A stretch of 64,000 bases of DNA from Stylophora pistillata (GCF_002571385.2 NW_019217797.1:223669-287668); one strand, 5' to 3'; counted from the stretch's first letter, positions 12,881-27,800 are shown. Program-made: numbers and translations. Notes: generated by a model from the letters alone, not told the origin.

Positions 12881-15800
12881 ATGGCGAAGAAATATTATTG
12901 GTTGGACAGTTTCATATGCCTTGTGTTTGTAAGTATGGTGTGATCTTCGTTTTTAGAAAGATTACACTGGTTGCCCTTTTTTCTCTTTAATTAAATCGCT
13001 TATAACTAGTCAATTTCAATTATTTGTGAATCTTACCTTGCAATATTGTTTTTAATTTAACGGGATAGGTTGTTGGTTTATCCGAACAAGCCAAGAAGAA
13101 AATCGACAAAAGTTCCATCATAGAAGTAAATGATATTAAACCATTCAAGAAATTACAAAGGACCCATACCAATTTGCTTGTTTTGTTTGCTCAAAGCGGT
13201 AGGTAATTTATAGAAGATTCTGTGCGATGCACTGATTGTAGAAATGCAAAAGAAAAAATTCAGTTAGTGTTGATTTGTTGTTTTTTTACTCGTGGAAAGG
13301 AAGTAATCTGCTTGAAAATTTCATTACGTGGGCTATAGCTTATAATTACAAAATTTCGTCTCTCAGTAACCATGCATGATTCAGTGTGAACAGCTGATAT
13401 GTGTATATTTTCTCTTAGAATGTTTCAATTATAACTGTTTTTTAGTTCAACTGCCTGGAAAACGAGATGCGCAAACTTGATACTCTTAACCAATTATTGA
13501 TAAGCCCTGATTGCACGTTCTCTCACTCCAGTGGTATTAAAGATTTAATATTCCTTTCCTTTTTCAATATTTGGGTGCATTTTAAGTTCTGAATATTGTA
13601 ACCCAAGAAACCATAAATTCTCACACAACATATCATAGGAAAACTATTCTTTGCTTGGACAAAAATATTTTGTAGAACGTGATGCCTCAAGTAGATTTGA
13701 GGTCTTAGCAGAAGTGGCAAAAGAAATTAAAGGCAAAGGGACGGTAGCGTACATAAATTGTGGGTGAGTATTTTTAATGCATAGTTTAGGCAGCTGAAGG
13801 CTCTTTTATTAAAATATTTAAATCGAGATGAATTGATTTAATTAGGGTTTTTTCCATTTTTTTTTATTTGGAGTTATTCTTTATTCTTGTTTCTTATTTG
13901 CATTCTGAAACACCTAAGGCCTAGGCTTGCCATTGGAAATCCACTCTCAATTTACTTTGGTAGTTTGACCAGCTTTGACAGACTTCCTCTGCAGAACTTT
14001 GAAGATTTTAAATTAGCAATGATCATATTTAAATCAATTAAGTTTAATGAACAATGATAAAAAGCCCCATTACCCTGAAGGTAATTAATTGAAATTGGCA
14101 GGGGATGTACTCAATTTTACATTTATTCTTTTGGAAATTATAGTCACTAGCTGCTTCTCCATACCCTTCCTATCTCCTTTCATCATATTTCATGAGCAAT
14201 TCCATTGAGAAGGGGACCATTGGGCTGAGACAATTCACTCTCTATTGCTGGATCTAATTAATCATTATAATTGCACTTTTACAGAGAAAGCAAAGATACA
14301 AAAAAAATGTGCAAGAAGCTTAGAGTTTCTTCTCAACCTGTTGTGCTAAAGCATTACAAGTGAGTTCTACTGCCTTTTTGTTTTAATACTAATTCTGCTG
14401 CTTGCCCTGCAGTCACATTACATCTCTTCTTTACTCACTGTTATCCATCCTTCCCTTTCACCGACTCCCAGCTGCCTTTATACCCTGCTTTCCGGCAAGT
14501 TTCTCTACCTTAACTTGCTCCAGAATTTTTTATCTCCTTTCACCTTACTGCCTTCCTACTGACACCTAATTCCTACATACTCCACCCTTCATACCTTTTT
14601 ACCCCTTTCTTCTTTTGTGCATGCACTCACCTTCCTTGTTTCCTGTGTCAGATTGAATAACTCCTTATCTGGTATCCAAAACATCCTACTGATCTTCCAC
14701 TAACTCCATTGGTGTTGTCTATAACTCAGTCCATCTAGTCTAAGTTAGTTTTTTTAGTCATTTTATTCTCCCTCAGGGCTCGACACTAACTTTTCAACTT
14801 ACTAGCCAAGCGGCTGGTGACATCTTAGATGCTACGACAGTGTCAGTTCATTTAATAGCCAAACTGGTTAGTGGAAATCGAAAACCAATAGCCAAAACCG
14901 AATTTCTACTCGTCTGTGGCTAGTGGGCTACCATTAGTGTCGAGCCTTGCTCCCTTTGTCTGGATATCTTCTATAACTTTGCTTTTATGTCAGGCACCCA
15001 GTAATCATTCTAAGCTAGGGCAGAGTTGTGTGTTTCACCTCTTCATCTGGTGTCCATCCTTCTCCTCTCATCACTTTCTTATCCTGTCCAACCTTGTTAT
15101 CTCACACCTCTACCATGCCCTATCACCCCTTACCTCCCCCCTATTACCCCTTACCTCCCCCCTATCACCCCTTACCTCCCCCTATTACCCCTTATCTCCN
15201 NNNNNNNNNNNNNNNNNNNNCACCCTGCCTATTCTGTATTCTTCACACATTTCCAGTTTTATCCTCATTTCTTCAATCCATATATTTCAAACACTCTTGC
15301 TGTTTCATGGGCAGGGTTGCTTTTGGGTTTTTCTTTTAATATTGCGTGAAATGTTTCATTTTTCATAGAGATGGGAATTTTAACAAAGATTATGATAGGA
15401 AGAACACAGTTAAGGTGAGTGAAATCATTGATTTGAATTTGGTATTTGTGTTGTTTGTATTGTAAATGGAAAAATTGATAAAAGCAAACCTTGTTTTTAC
15501 TAATGTTTATCCCAATAGTTACCTAATTTTTTTAAATTTTCTTCAGTCAATGTTAAACTTTATGAATGATCCTACGGGGGAAATGCCATGGGAAGAAGAA
15601 GAAGGTACAGAGGATGTACGACATGTTCACACAAGTAGTGTAAGTTGTGTGATTCACAAACTTTTGAAAATCTTTAGAATAACAGATCCTGTCTGTTAAG
15701 TGATCAGGGCTGGAAAATCAATTTTCATGAAATAGTCTTTTTTTCTGTTTTGCAGGAATTTGTCAAACTAACAACAAAAGAGAATAAAGCAGTGATGGTC

Positions 15801-18800
15801 ATGTTCTATGCTCCATGTGAGTGAAATGTTTGTTAACCTTATGATCCCTGAGAGTGACTCACACCTAATTCTCCCTGAAACATTGCCTCTCAATCAAACA
15901 TATAAGTCAAAATGATAAAGGAAATGATCACAAACCAAAGACGCTCTTGATTCTCAAACAAATTCTCACTTTCAGCACCTTGGGAAATGTATAGAGAACA
16001 GTATGGAGAATATGCATACTGATGTTAGTATAAGGGGTCAATATTTTCCTTAATCTTCAATGATCTGAGGTTGCTTGCCTCTGCTGGCCCTTAGTCCTTC
16101 CCTGCTCGCCCGTGCTGGCCCTTGGTCCTTCCCTGCTCACCCCTGCTGGCCCTTGGTCCTTCCCTGCTCACCCCTGCTGGCCCTTAGTCCTTCCCTGCTT
16201 GCCCCTGCTGGCCCTTGGTCCTTCCCTGCTCACCCCTGCTGGTCCTTGGTCCTTCCCTACTCACCCCCGCTTTCCCTGTTGGCTCCTATTCCCCCTTTTT
16301 CCTCCCTGCTAACTCCTGCTGGTCTTTACCACCCCTGCTCACCCCTTCTCTTTCTTGCTGGGCCTTGCTCCTCCTTGCTTTCCCCTGCTCCCCCTTGCTC
16401 CTTCCTTCTCTCCCTTCTCCTTCTTGCTCCTCCCGGTTGCTTCCTTCTCTCCCTGCCCCTCCTGCTCCTCCTTACTCCCTCCTGTTCCTCTCTGCTTCTC
16501 CTGCTGGCTCCTACTCTTCCCTGCTCCTTACTGCTGGCTCTTGCTGGCCCCTGCTCACCCTTGCTCGTTCCTGCTTGTCCCTGCCAGCCTCTGCTTGATT
16601 GCCTTATTGTGACCTTATAGTTTTTTGCTGTTTGAATTTCAGGGTGTGGCTACTGTAAAAAGTTAAAACCTGACTACGCTCTAGCAGCCACTGAACTTAA
16701 AGGGGAAGCTGTAAGTTGTTTTAAAACAAATTCTTAACATATTGGGTGTTGAACATATAAATGTGATAAAACAAACAGAACTGTATTTGACCCGTCTGTA
16801 ATCTCTTTCCAATTTAGAAGTTGCCTACTACACCTTGGTTACGACTTTGGGGTACTGAAGGCTTAAATTCATTAATATAACAGCAAAATTCATTGATCAG
16901 TTTTCATGAACCAACCTTACAGCAATACAGACAATCAACTCCTCACTTGACTCTCTCTGACTAATGACTTTCACTCTTGGTCAGTAACCACTGACAACAG
17001 ACCTTCTCAAGATGACTTTCACTTGGACTTGGTAATTTTTGCTTTAAGTTAATTTTATTTCTAATTAGGTTAAATTTTTACTAACTGGGTAAAATTTTCT
17101 CTTTTCTGACCAGCAATTAGCGGAAAATTACTTATTAAGTGACGGAGGGCTTTTTATGGTAATATTGAGATGACTGTATAGTTAAGAAGCTGAGTAGAAA
17201 AAAGATCTGTCACCTGATTTTGAATTTATTTGACCAGGTGCAAATTTCATAACCAACTGTTACTCCTGTGTTCATATAAGTTCCAAGTCCATGTATTTTG
17301 GTACTCACACCAATTATTTTTCCCAACAGATAATGGCTGGAATGGATGTAGATACTTACGAAGGATATCCAATTAGAGAAAAGTTCAATATCACAGGATT
17401 TCCAACTTTGATATATTTTGAGTAAGGCTCAGTTACACATTGATTTAACTTATTTCAAAATGACATCTTTAGAAGTGTATTCTCCACCCTTTGACTGCTC
17501 AGAGTGACCAACATCTAATTTCTCCCAACCATGTCACCCTTGAATCACACATTAGGGTCACAAGAATAAAAGAAATGATCACGAACTAAAGAAGCTCTAA
17601 AATAGTTCTTGTCCACACCTCAGGACATTTAGAGAGAATAGTGTGGAGAATATTTGTACTGATGTTTAGGGTGGAAAGAAATAAGGAATGGTTGAAATGA
17701 AGGGCAAGGAGCTAAGTACGTATCACAGACCTAGTAATAATAAGAATAAATAGTTTGATATTATGATTAATTTTTCTGAATATGGACCCTAAGCAGTTTT
17801 GGCAAACCTTTTGATTTCAGTTGTTATTAAATCAATGTCTTTCACAAATTTGATCTTCTCAGAAATGGTGAAGAAAAATATCGTTATCAAGGAAAACATG
17901 ATAAAGATTCTCTTGTGGAGTGGATGAGAAAGTGAGTTTTACTTTTTATGGCAGGGATTACTAATGGCAGCAATCATTCTCATCATGGTCTTCTATTAGA
18001 CAGAAGTGAACAATTGTAGTCACTAGTGTCCATTGTTAGACAGTTAACTGTCGGATTTTAGACACTAGTGTCCAATTTTAGTCACTTGTGTCCAATTTGG
18101 ACAGTAGTGTCTTATTTTAGATGCTCAGGGTCTGATTTTAGATGTTAGTGTCCAATTTAAAATGCTAGTGTTGGATTTTAGACAATTTTGTATGATTCTG
18201 TTCTGTTATACAATGAAAATCTAAAAATTATTATGAAGTTTTGAAGTTGTCTGTTAACCCCTAAACCATATGTCTGACTGACCAAGACAGAATTTCTTCT
18301 AATTATATCAGTACAATTTCAAGCACACAAGTGATGAGAATTTAAAAAAATTCAATTAGGGGATTATTAGTTGATCCATTATCAATTAGCCAAAGTAACT
18401 AAAATCATAACAAATGTATGGCAGACAGTGGAGAGAATTTCTTATGAGATAGTGGAAGTGAAATGAATGAAGAGATGTACAATGTCAATTTGTATGAGAG
18501 TTTCCTTACCATGTATTTAATCTTCAAGGGTAATTGAGATTTTTTTAACTTTTAAATTGATGTATAATTTTGTCTTCATTTTAGCCCTGCTCCTTCAACT
18601 CCACCTGCCAAGGAAGAGGAGTGGAGTGACATACCCAGTGATGTTGTCCATCTCAAAGATGACACATTTGATGATTTTATTGCAAACAATCCCTCTGTTC
18701 TTGTCATGTTTTATGCTCCTTGTAAGTAACATTTTATTCTGATTTCCACTTACCTGGTCTTGTAGGGACTTGAAAATCAAAATCTCTCACTTGTATCTTC

Positions 18801-21800
18801 AGTGCTTCAAGTTATCCCTTTGTGATGAATTGATTTTTTTCAGAAAAAGAGATTCAGAGTGAAAGGTTGACATATTTAGATTTTGTGTCAGGCATACAAA
18901 GTTCTTCTGTTGAAATACAAGATCATGGTACAACATTTATGGACAGTTTTGTGGGCAGCTTTTTTTGTAATGATTGTTTGGATTTTCAGGGTGCGGTCAC
19001 TGTAAAGCTATGAAGCCAGAATATACAGATGCAGCCAAAACAATGAGGGAGGAGGAGGTACTTTCAGTTGAAATATTAGACAGTGTTTGATAAATTCGAT
19101 TTCGAGTGAGTGGTATAAAAACAAATATTATTACTTTAAAACTGTAGTTCTAAATTTCTTGCTTGTTTGCTTGAGGCTGACTGATAGTAATCATTTCAGA
19201 TTGCTGGTGTCATAGCAGCAATAGATGCAACAAAGGAAACAGCAGTTGGCAAACGATTCAAAATTGAGGGCTACCCAACAGGTAACTTAGTTAATCAACA
19301 ACTTCTTGGTAACTTTCTGAGTTTCCCTCCTTTGGAAGTTTTGATGCTGCCTGTGTGTTTTCATGTGCTCACGCTGCCTTACCAAGAAACAAACCTGATC
19401 AGAGCTGTGATTTCCCTTTGGCTGAGTAAAATTGTCAAGAAACCTCCTGATTTTATTTCAAGGATTTTGTGACCACAAGTATTTTCCCTTAAGGAGATAG
19501 AGCTTGTGTTGACCGTGTGGTGGTTGGATTGTATTACTCACTTACCTACTTTCTTTCTCTTATTTATTTTCAGTGAAATATTTCAAGTAAGTAAAAAGGT
19601 TGAAATTCGTATTTGGGTTGAGGTTTTTAGGGTTGACTGCTCTGAGTGGTGTGAGAAAATTGACTTAGTATTATTAAAATGTTTCCTTATCAGAGATGGT
19701 GATTTTGCTTTTGATGTGAACGAGAGAACAGCTGACAAGATTGTTGCATTTATGAAAGAGTAAGTACATGGTGTATGTTAAATCTTTGTATACAAAGCAA
19801 ATAAATACAAACTAAGGGTTTTTGCTTTCTCCAGTCCAAAAGAACCACCACCACCGCCTCCCCCAGAGAAAGATTGGAGTGAAGTGGAGAGTGAAGTGGA
19901 GCACTTGACAGATGACACATTCAAAGGATTCATAAAGAAAAAGAAACATGTCTTGGTCATGTTTTATGCACCATGTAAGTTGAATATCAGAGAGAGCAAC
20001 AATAATTTTGTTTTCATGAAACCATGTTGCAAGCAGTTTGGTGGTAATGTGAAAGGAGAGAGGTAAGAGAAAACACAGAGGCCTTTAACAACAATACGTA
20101 AATTTAATATGAGCTGCAAATGTAAATTTTCAACCCTTTGTCTCATCGTTTGGTTGCTCTAGTGAGGAGCTACAGAGAACATGATTTAAGAATGCTGATA
20201 CTTTCTAAAGATGTGGTGCTATTTATTCCATTTGCAGATGTGCCATGTTTCAACCATTTTACTTGTATCCATTTTAGGGTGTGGTCACTGCAAAAAAGCC
20301 AAACCAGAATTTATGGAAGCTGCCAAACACGATGCGGAAAATTCCAAGGTAAGGCGATTTCATCAAACGAGGAAACGTAAAATCAGCTGCCACAGAATGG
20401 TTCCTGACATTTTTGATGCTTCTCTTGGATGGTTGGAAAATAAGTTTTACATTCGTATAATCCTTGAAGACACGTACATTTTAGTCCAATCGGAGCTATC
20501 TGGGATCAGATCTTCCTATATGTTAGTGCGAGGTCATATAATTAAAAACGAGACTCAGATAACTCCGCTGTGAAGAAAAGATTTGACACTCAAGATTGTA
20601 GCCGAAGTGGGCCTTAATGGAGAATTGGATTAAGTGGAAGACACTAACGTAAATGTCTTCAGTGAAAAGTGTCAATCCGAAAGTTGCCATAAAAGAACAA
20701 AACTTCCTGGCTCTTTTGTTAGGTTGCATATGCTGCAGTTGACTGTACAGTGCACAGATCTGTATGTACCCAGTTTGACGTGCAAGGGTATGTACTTTTC
20801 CATTGTTTTTTTTTTTTTTGCTTATGTTTCGACGCAGAAAATATCAGGAAACGAAACGAAATGTGGCAATACTCGCATTTCTATTCATTGTATTTAGATG
20901 TGGCCTCATTGGCTCTTAGCGTTATCAGGACTTTCGATAAACGGGCCAGGAAATGTGTTGATAATTGTCGAGAGATGCTAAAACACGTTGTTAACTATTT
21001 TTCAGATACCCCACTTTCCGTTATTTCAATTACGGTAAGAAGGACTTCAAGTACGTCGGGGGACGGGTGGCTAAGGACTTTATCGAGTTCATGGAGAATC
21101 CTCGTGAAGGTCCACCACCCCCACCCCCTGAACCAGAGTGGAAGGATATGCCAAGTCGCGTCACTCATTTGACTGACGATACTTTCGAGGAATTTATGAT
21201 GACACATGATTCAGTTCTTGTCATGTTCTATGCGCCATGTAAGTTGAATTTGTTTTACTTGAGATTTTCGACTTGAGATCCATTAACCGGGAGTTTTTCT
21301 CCTTTAGTTTTATTGCTTTTTAATAAGGGGGTGTTTTAGCTTTACAGTATGAACTCACCTTTTCGGACATATGTCTTAACTTCTGATATTTGCAATGTTT
21401 TTTTTTTTTTTTTTTCTGTTGGGAATGTAATTTTCCTTTGTGGAGTCGATGTTTTTGATTGAGGCGAGAATTTTTCAATATTTGAGAGTCGTACATTCTC
21501 GATCACGAACAAGTGTCTGCTCGAGTAAGACATCTCACTAAGAGGAATCCCCGAGAGGCGCTGTTGATGACAGTGGCGTTTTATATCTATTTGTTTATCT
21601 AGTTTAATCGGCATCTGGTCAAACACTTTCCAACCTCTAATGACTGCCACCTCTCCAAAGCACATCTGCACTGAACCACCCGAGCTATTTCACCAGTTTG
21701 TTCTTCCCCGGGGCGGCAGATTGTTAATGGTTTAAGAGATATTCTGAAGTAAACTAGCCTCACGAATTTGTTTTTTCTCCCCGTTCAAAAATTTCAGGGT

Positions 21801-24800
21801 GTGGTCACTGCAAGGCAATGAAGCCGGCATACATGGAAGCTGCTGAAGAATTGCATAGTAAAAATGTGAGTAGCAAAATGGAAGAGAAAGCGAACTGATG
21901 GGTAACTGTGGTCCATTAGCACTGCTCTTCATTATTCAACGCTTCTTAATACAACCAGGAATATTGTAGAGTGGGAACCTATTTAGTACCATCAGCGGGC
22001 GGGTGAAGTGGTTAATTGTAGCTGACTGTCAGCGTGGGAATCAAGACTTTGATTTCTTGATATTTTTTGTAAATATTGTCCATGAAAATGAGGCTCCCAA
22101 GGGATGTCGAAGTGCAGCCGATTACAACTTTTCGATCTGGAGTCCTCCCCCTCCNGCCCCCAGTCCCCTCTCCTCACCTCCCCTCCCAAAAGAGCAGCAA
22201 GAACTTGTATACGAGCTGGGTTTTACGCTCTGGATTCATATGTCAAAAGCGTCCTACATACTGCCAGGATCGGTCTGTAATTAAACGCTGGAGCGGTATT
22301 TGATAAACTGACAAGCATTTCATTTCTCTTTGGCTGCAATGTTCAAGCATCCTTCATCCCTTGCAATATCACTAGCTATATAATATCATTTTATTTCATA
22401 CCTCCGGATGTATTTATGTTACCAAGTTGTTCTTGATGACCAGGCACTAATTGCATGGATAATATTTGTCGTTCTTTTGGTAAACTTAACAGGCTCGCAG
22501 TGTTTTGGCCGCTGTAGACTGTACCACAGAGAAATCGTTGGCAACGAAGTTTGACATTGGTGGATTTCCTACAAGTGAGCTCAAACAAATATCAATTTTA
22601 CGTAAAAGAAGAACAGAATTTCCTTAATTAATCCTATATATGATTGAAATGTACGAAATAGCTTTTTGAATGACTTACCCAATCATCTCCCGTAACTGAC
22701 TTAAAGCTAAGACAAGGAAATACACACTGTAACAGTATTTCTCGGATATACTGCAATAATTGAAAATAATTCATCAATTTTATTTAATCTTTTCTAGCCT
22801 TTTGATTATTGTTTTTTTTTTTTTGTTGCATGTGACTGGAAAACTAAAAACAACAGTCAAGTACTTCAGGTGAGTCTAACTGTTTCCTAACATATCGTGA
22901 TATGGATTTTTTTTAGTGTGGATTTAAACTTTCCACTCGCCCCAACTTCTCCTCTTTCGTAGTACTTGTTGAGTTCTCCTTTGGAGAAAATCATTGATCC
23001 ACGGGCCATATTGAAGGAGATTGATTTCACGTACTGGGTCCACGTAGTTTAACGGATTATTTCGACGTGCTAACAGTGATGATTGTATTTTTTTTTTTTT
23101 TGCATTGCTACAGGAAGGGTGAGTTTGCTTCTGAATACAAGAAAGCAAGAACAAAGGAAGACTTGGTAGACTTCTTGTTGATGTGAGTTGGAAATTCTGC
23201 ATATCTCTTGTTGTTTGTTCCCGTCACTCAAACGCTCCTGGGGGCGTGACACGCAAGCTTTTTCTTAGGGGGGGGGCGGGGGGTGGGGGGCGTTGCATGA
23301 CAAGCTCAGCTAGCTCCCTCCGGGGGATAGAACACGTTGCGTGACCAGATCAAACAGCGTCTAAGCTGGAGTCTAGATATTTGTATAGTAGGTGAAAATA
23401 TTTTTTGCGTTGAACCATGCAATAGGTAATATTTTCTCTATAAGACTACTCAAGGTTTCTTGCATTTTTCGTGTCGTAGTTCCGAAGATTCAGCACCTGC
23501 CGACGCTAAAACAACCAATCCTGAAAAACCGGTTGAACCAGCTTGGAGTGACGATGATACAGACGTGGTCCATTTAACAGCCAGCACATTCCAGGAGTTT
23601 ATCAAGTCACACAGTTCAGCTCTTGTCATGTTTTATGCTCCTTGTAAGTTCTAAGTAAAAAACCGCCTTTTTGTAGTCTGTTTGTTACGTTTCCAAGTTC
23701 TCATTTCTTTTACCTGTCGCAATTTATCAATCCTTTTCATTCACTTTCTTTCATTTTCTTTTTATACGTCATTGTATGCATTTTATTGTACTTGTTTTCA
23801 TTTGATTGTATTGTTCTCTGATTTTTTTTTTCCGATTCGGTTAGGGTGTCCCCATTGCAAAAAAATTAAACCCGAGTTTTCTGAGGTGGCCAAGGAAGTC
23901 AACACCGAGAACAAGGTGATCAAATATTCTTTCTTGTCAACGAGAGTCGTACACATTCCTGAGAACCAAGAATGAATTAAGACTTGTTCGAGTTGTGTTT
24001 TCAAAAAGGTTTTTCTTTGCTCAGTCCCTCTTGTCATTTGCTTTAATGAAGAGGTGTTTCCCCTTTTGAGTAACTTTCGAAGCATCAAGTCGGAATCATA
24101 TTTTTCCCTTGAAAGCAAAGCTACATTTGGAAAAAATCAAAAACAAAAGCAAATACGCTTGATCTCATTTAACTCTGTAATCGGCTGAATCTTGGTTATG
24201 TGGTTTTCCTTTTTTTGTGTTCGCAAATTCTCATTTCCACAATTTTGCTTGTCAGGTCCCTGGCGCCCTGGGTGCGGTGGATTGCACCGTGAATGGTGAT
24301 CTTTGTACTGAACAGGAAGTCAAGCGTTATCCCACACGTGAGTGCTTTTACTTCCGTTCATGCTCACTTCTGTCCAGTGACACGCGTCTTTGAAACGGTG
24401 TTACAGTTTTCTTATTTTTACACGCACGAACGAACGAACGAACGAAGTGACCGTGAGGTCACCGGCCAAAAACATTTTTTCAGGACTACTTTCACCCAGA
24501 CAATTGCGCTAGACAATCCATTGTTACTTTGAATCGCTTGCTGTAGTAAACAAATTTATCTCTATTGCTCGGTGTAAGAAATGTAACACACAAAAGGTTT
24601 TCTTGATCACATCAAAGACGATTTTTCTTGTTGAATTGACCACTTTCAAAAATGGCTGCCGGATTAATATTCTTTTGTTTAAATTGAAATTAGCCTTTCT
24701 GGCCTCGCTTGAGATAATGTATTCTTTTGAATTTTGTACTAGAGAACGAGGCCAGAAAGGCTAACTTAAATTTAAACAAAAGAATATTAATCCGGCAGCC

Positions 24801-27800
24801 ATTTATGAAAGTGGTCTATAGCTACCGCAGTTTTGAAAGTTGATATTATGACAAATCCTAACTTTTAATTTTTCTTATCTTTCCCAATGGAACTATCTTG
24901 GAACAGTTAAATACTACAAGTAAGTGTTACTATTTCGCAGACATCAACACGTTTCATGCCTAACTTTGTTTTGTCGTGCAAAATTCAGTCGGTACTGATT
25001 TCAACATTTTTCATGTTCCGTGAACTGGTGATATGAAACCTTACTAGTCTTACATTTTCTGGGACTGTGTTTCATTTCTCTTTTGTACGTGGATGAATTG
25101 AGATGCAATCCAAGTGATTTAGGGAGGAACATAAATCATCGCTGCCTAGGTGAACCCTCGAGGTCGTATGTGTCAGAAATGGTCAACGTCGTTCTCAGGT
25201 CCTTCTTCTTCATGCCCCTCGTCTTTATGCCCCCAGGGGTGCGAGGTCGAGAAATCGTCAGAATATTCCACCTCATCGTAGAGTGATGATAAGAAAAACG
25301 ACTGCCTCGAGTAACCTTCGATGATTTCATAATTCTTACAGAGATGGTGAATTTGCTTACAAGTACACCAAGAAAAGAACAGCAGAGGACATGCTAGCCT
25401 TCATGAAAGAGTACGTTATTATTACAATTTTATAAACGTATTAATGATGATCCTCGCAGTAAAGAGCACTATTTAAGCAATAGTGAAAATCAGTGCTAAA
25501 ATTTAAAATAAAATCATATAAATTTGTGCACTGCAGGTCATTGGCCAACTTATTTTTTCATAAGTGATCAAATTGTGGTATTCAGGAGATCGCGAACCTT
25601 GGATTCACACGGGTGTGAAATTGTTCCTGACTTTGTTCTGTTTGGAGAATAAGTTAGGCCGTTCAAAAATTGTTCTAAGACTGCTCATCTCTTTCCCAGT
25701 CCCCAGAAACCTGCACCTCCTCCTCCGCCACCCGACTGGAGTAAGGAGCCTGGTAAAGTGCATTTCCTGACTAACGAGACTTGGGATTCATTCGTGGCGG
25801 AACATACCTCTGTGCTGGTCATGTTTTTTGCTCCTTGTATGTACAAACAGTTAATTTCTCATTTCAATTAATTGTTTACCCTTTTGTCTTTTGATACAGC
25901 GCTTTCATATAGACGTCTTAACCCAACGGTGGACGGTTAGTCGTTGTGAAATATCTCATTTACGTGTCACATGTAATTCATGTGTCACGTGTCAATAAAA
26001 CAAACCTATTTATTGGTTTACTGGAAATTATGATCGAGGGTTAAAAGTAATGACGTCATTCACCAATTGTTGTTTTAGGTTCGTTACATTCGAAGGTCTG
26101 AGGTTCGATGCTTCGTGAAGAACTAATTTTTTTTCATTTTACTCTCGTGACAGAACAAATGACATTTTCTTTACTTGATCGCAACGTTGTCAGTTGGTTT
26201 TTTCGTGATACAGTCATAACAGGAAATGAAAAGGAAACTGGTTGAGATGCTTTTAATACGTTAGTTTATATATTATTTATTTAGTTACTTTTTCTATCCA
26301 TTTTTTCTGTGTGTGTGTTTTTAGGGTGTGGTTACTGCAAATCTATGAAGCCAAACTTCTTCAAAGCTGCAGAGATTCTTAGTGAAAAACATGTAAGTCT
26401 CTCTTAACTTGTTCTGGGAATGTGTCACGAAATTTCGTTGTTCTTTGTAGGTTTATCATCTTGGCTTGCCTTTATGTTTTCATCTCCATTTTGCTTTTCC
26501 TTACTTATCGATTGTTATCGTATCAGGCGTGATCTCCTCAAAGGAATATGTGCGATCTACAGATAAACTATCTAATTTTCTTTAGCCGTCTGAAGCGTTA
26601 GCAGCTGTTGACTGCACACGATTCAAATCTATCTGCAAGCGGATTGGACTTAAAGGATATCCCACCGGTAAAACTTATCTCTTCTTTTGTTTCGTTTATT
26701 TTGACCTTGTTTCATGTTAAATAGTAGTACATTACGGCCAGAAACCTACAATATGGAATAATTTTTTTCTTCGACGAAAGCTGTAAAGCTTCTACAAAAC
26801 TCCCACGACTTGGAAATTGGTCGAAGTGTGAGTTTTGCATGTCATGGCTTTCAAATTTCATTTAGCAGAACAACGAATCACTTCAATAAACCTCTGAGGA
26901 CTTCTTGGTTGCTTTTACAGTGTTAAACCTTTAGCTGTAAATACCGTTATTGACCGCGTATTCATTTCAACTTTTCTCTCCATTTTCATTGACTGACCGG
27001 CAACAGTGAAATACTACAAGTAAGTATTAACGATTTATCATCTATAGCTCGCTAGTTCTTCATTTCAAACGGTTTGGTATTGTTCCTAAACAGTTTGTTT
27101 GCGCTGAATGCATGCGGCATCGTGTTTTCTCGCCGTAGGAGATTTTGAAAGCTTTATCCCATCTTAGTTCCATTAGCCTTATTCCCCCCTCCCCCCCATG
27201 CTTTTATGTCAAGAATTTTAGCGTCGCATCAAACAGGATCCTCCTCATGGTAAATTTTTGTTTTTTCTTAGCCAATGTCTGTATGTGCATACTCAGATTC
27301 AGGAGAAATTGATGCTTGTATCGCGTCGTAGTAAACAAAACTAAAGAAATGTTAGCGATATGTTTGTTTAAAGTACCTGATTTTCTTTCATTTTTCATTG
27401 TAGGAATGGTGAAATGGAAAAAGATTATGGTGGAGATAGATCAACTGAAGATATCGTTAACTTTGTGAAGAGGTAACTTCAATCATTCGTTAATTGACCA
27501 TTGTCGCGCATGCACGCCAGTTCGCTCCCAGCGGCACTGTTGTTGAGAGGTGAATTGGAAGTTGTTGTTTTGAGACTTTTCTAGTTAAGCCTTTTGTTTT
27601 GTTAAGCCTTGCCTTTTGCGCCTACGTGTTGTTTTGGTAGATTTATATTTTTTTGGATCAGCTCGCGGATTTCCTTGTTACCGTGTTAGACATTTAGACA
27701 ATTAGACAGTTTCACAGGTGGTCGTGTTTGCGTTGGTAAAGCTGACCTTGAGTTCTACCCACACTGAAGTTCCTGTTTATGTGCGCAATTCCTGTGCGCA

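Noticed and set aside
16075-16620. Leu/Pro/Ser-rich ORFs (also 14916..15368, 8900..9211, 1329..1601, 36700..36939)
   Set aside because: Translations of micro/minisatellites or low-complexity tracts; open in several frames.
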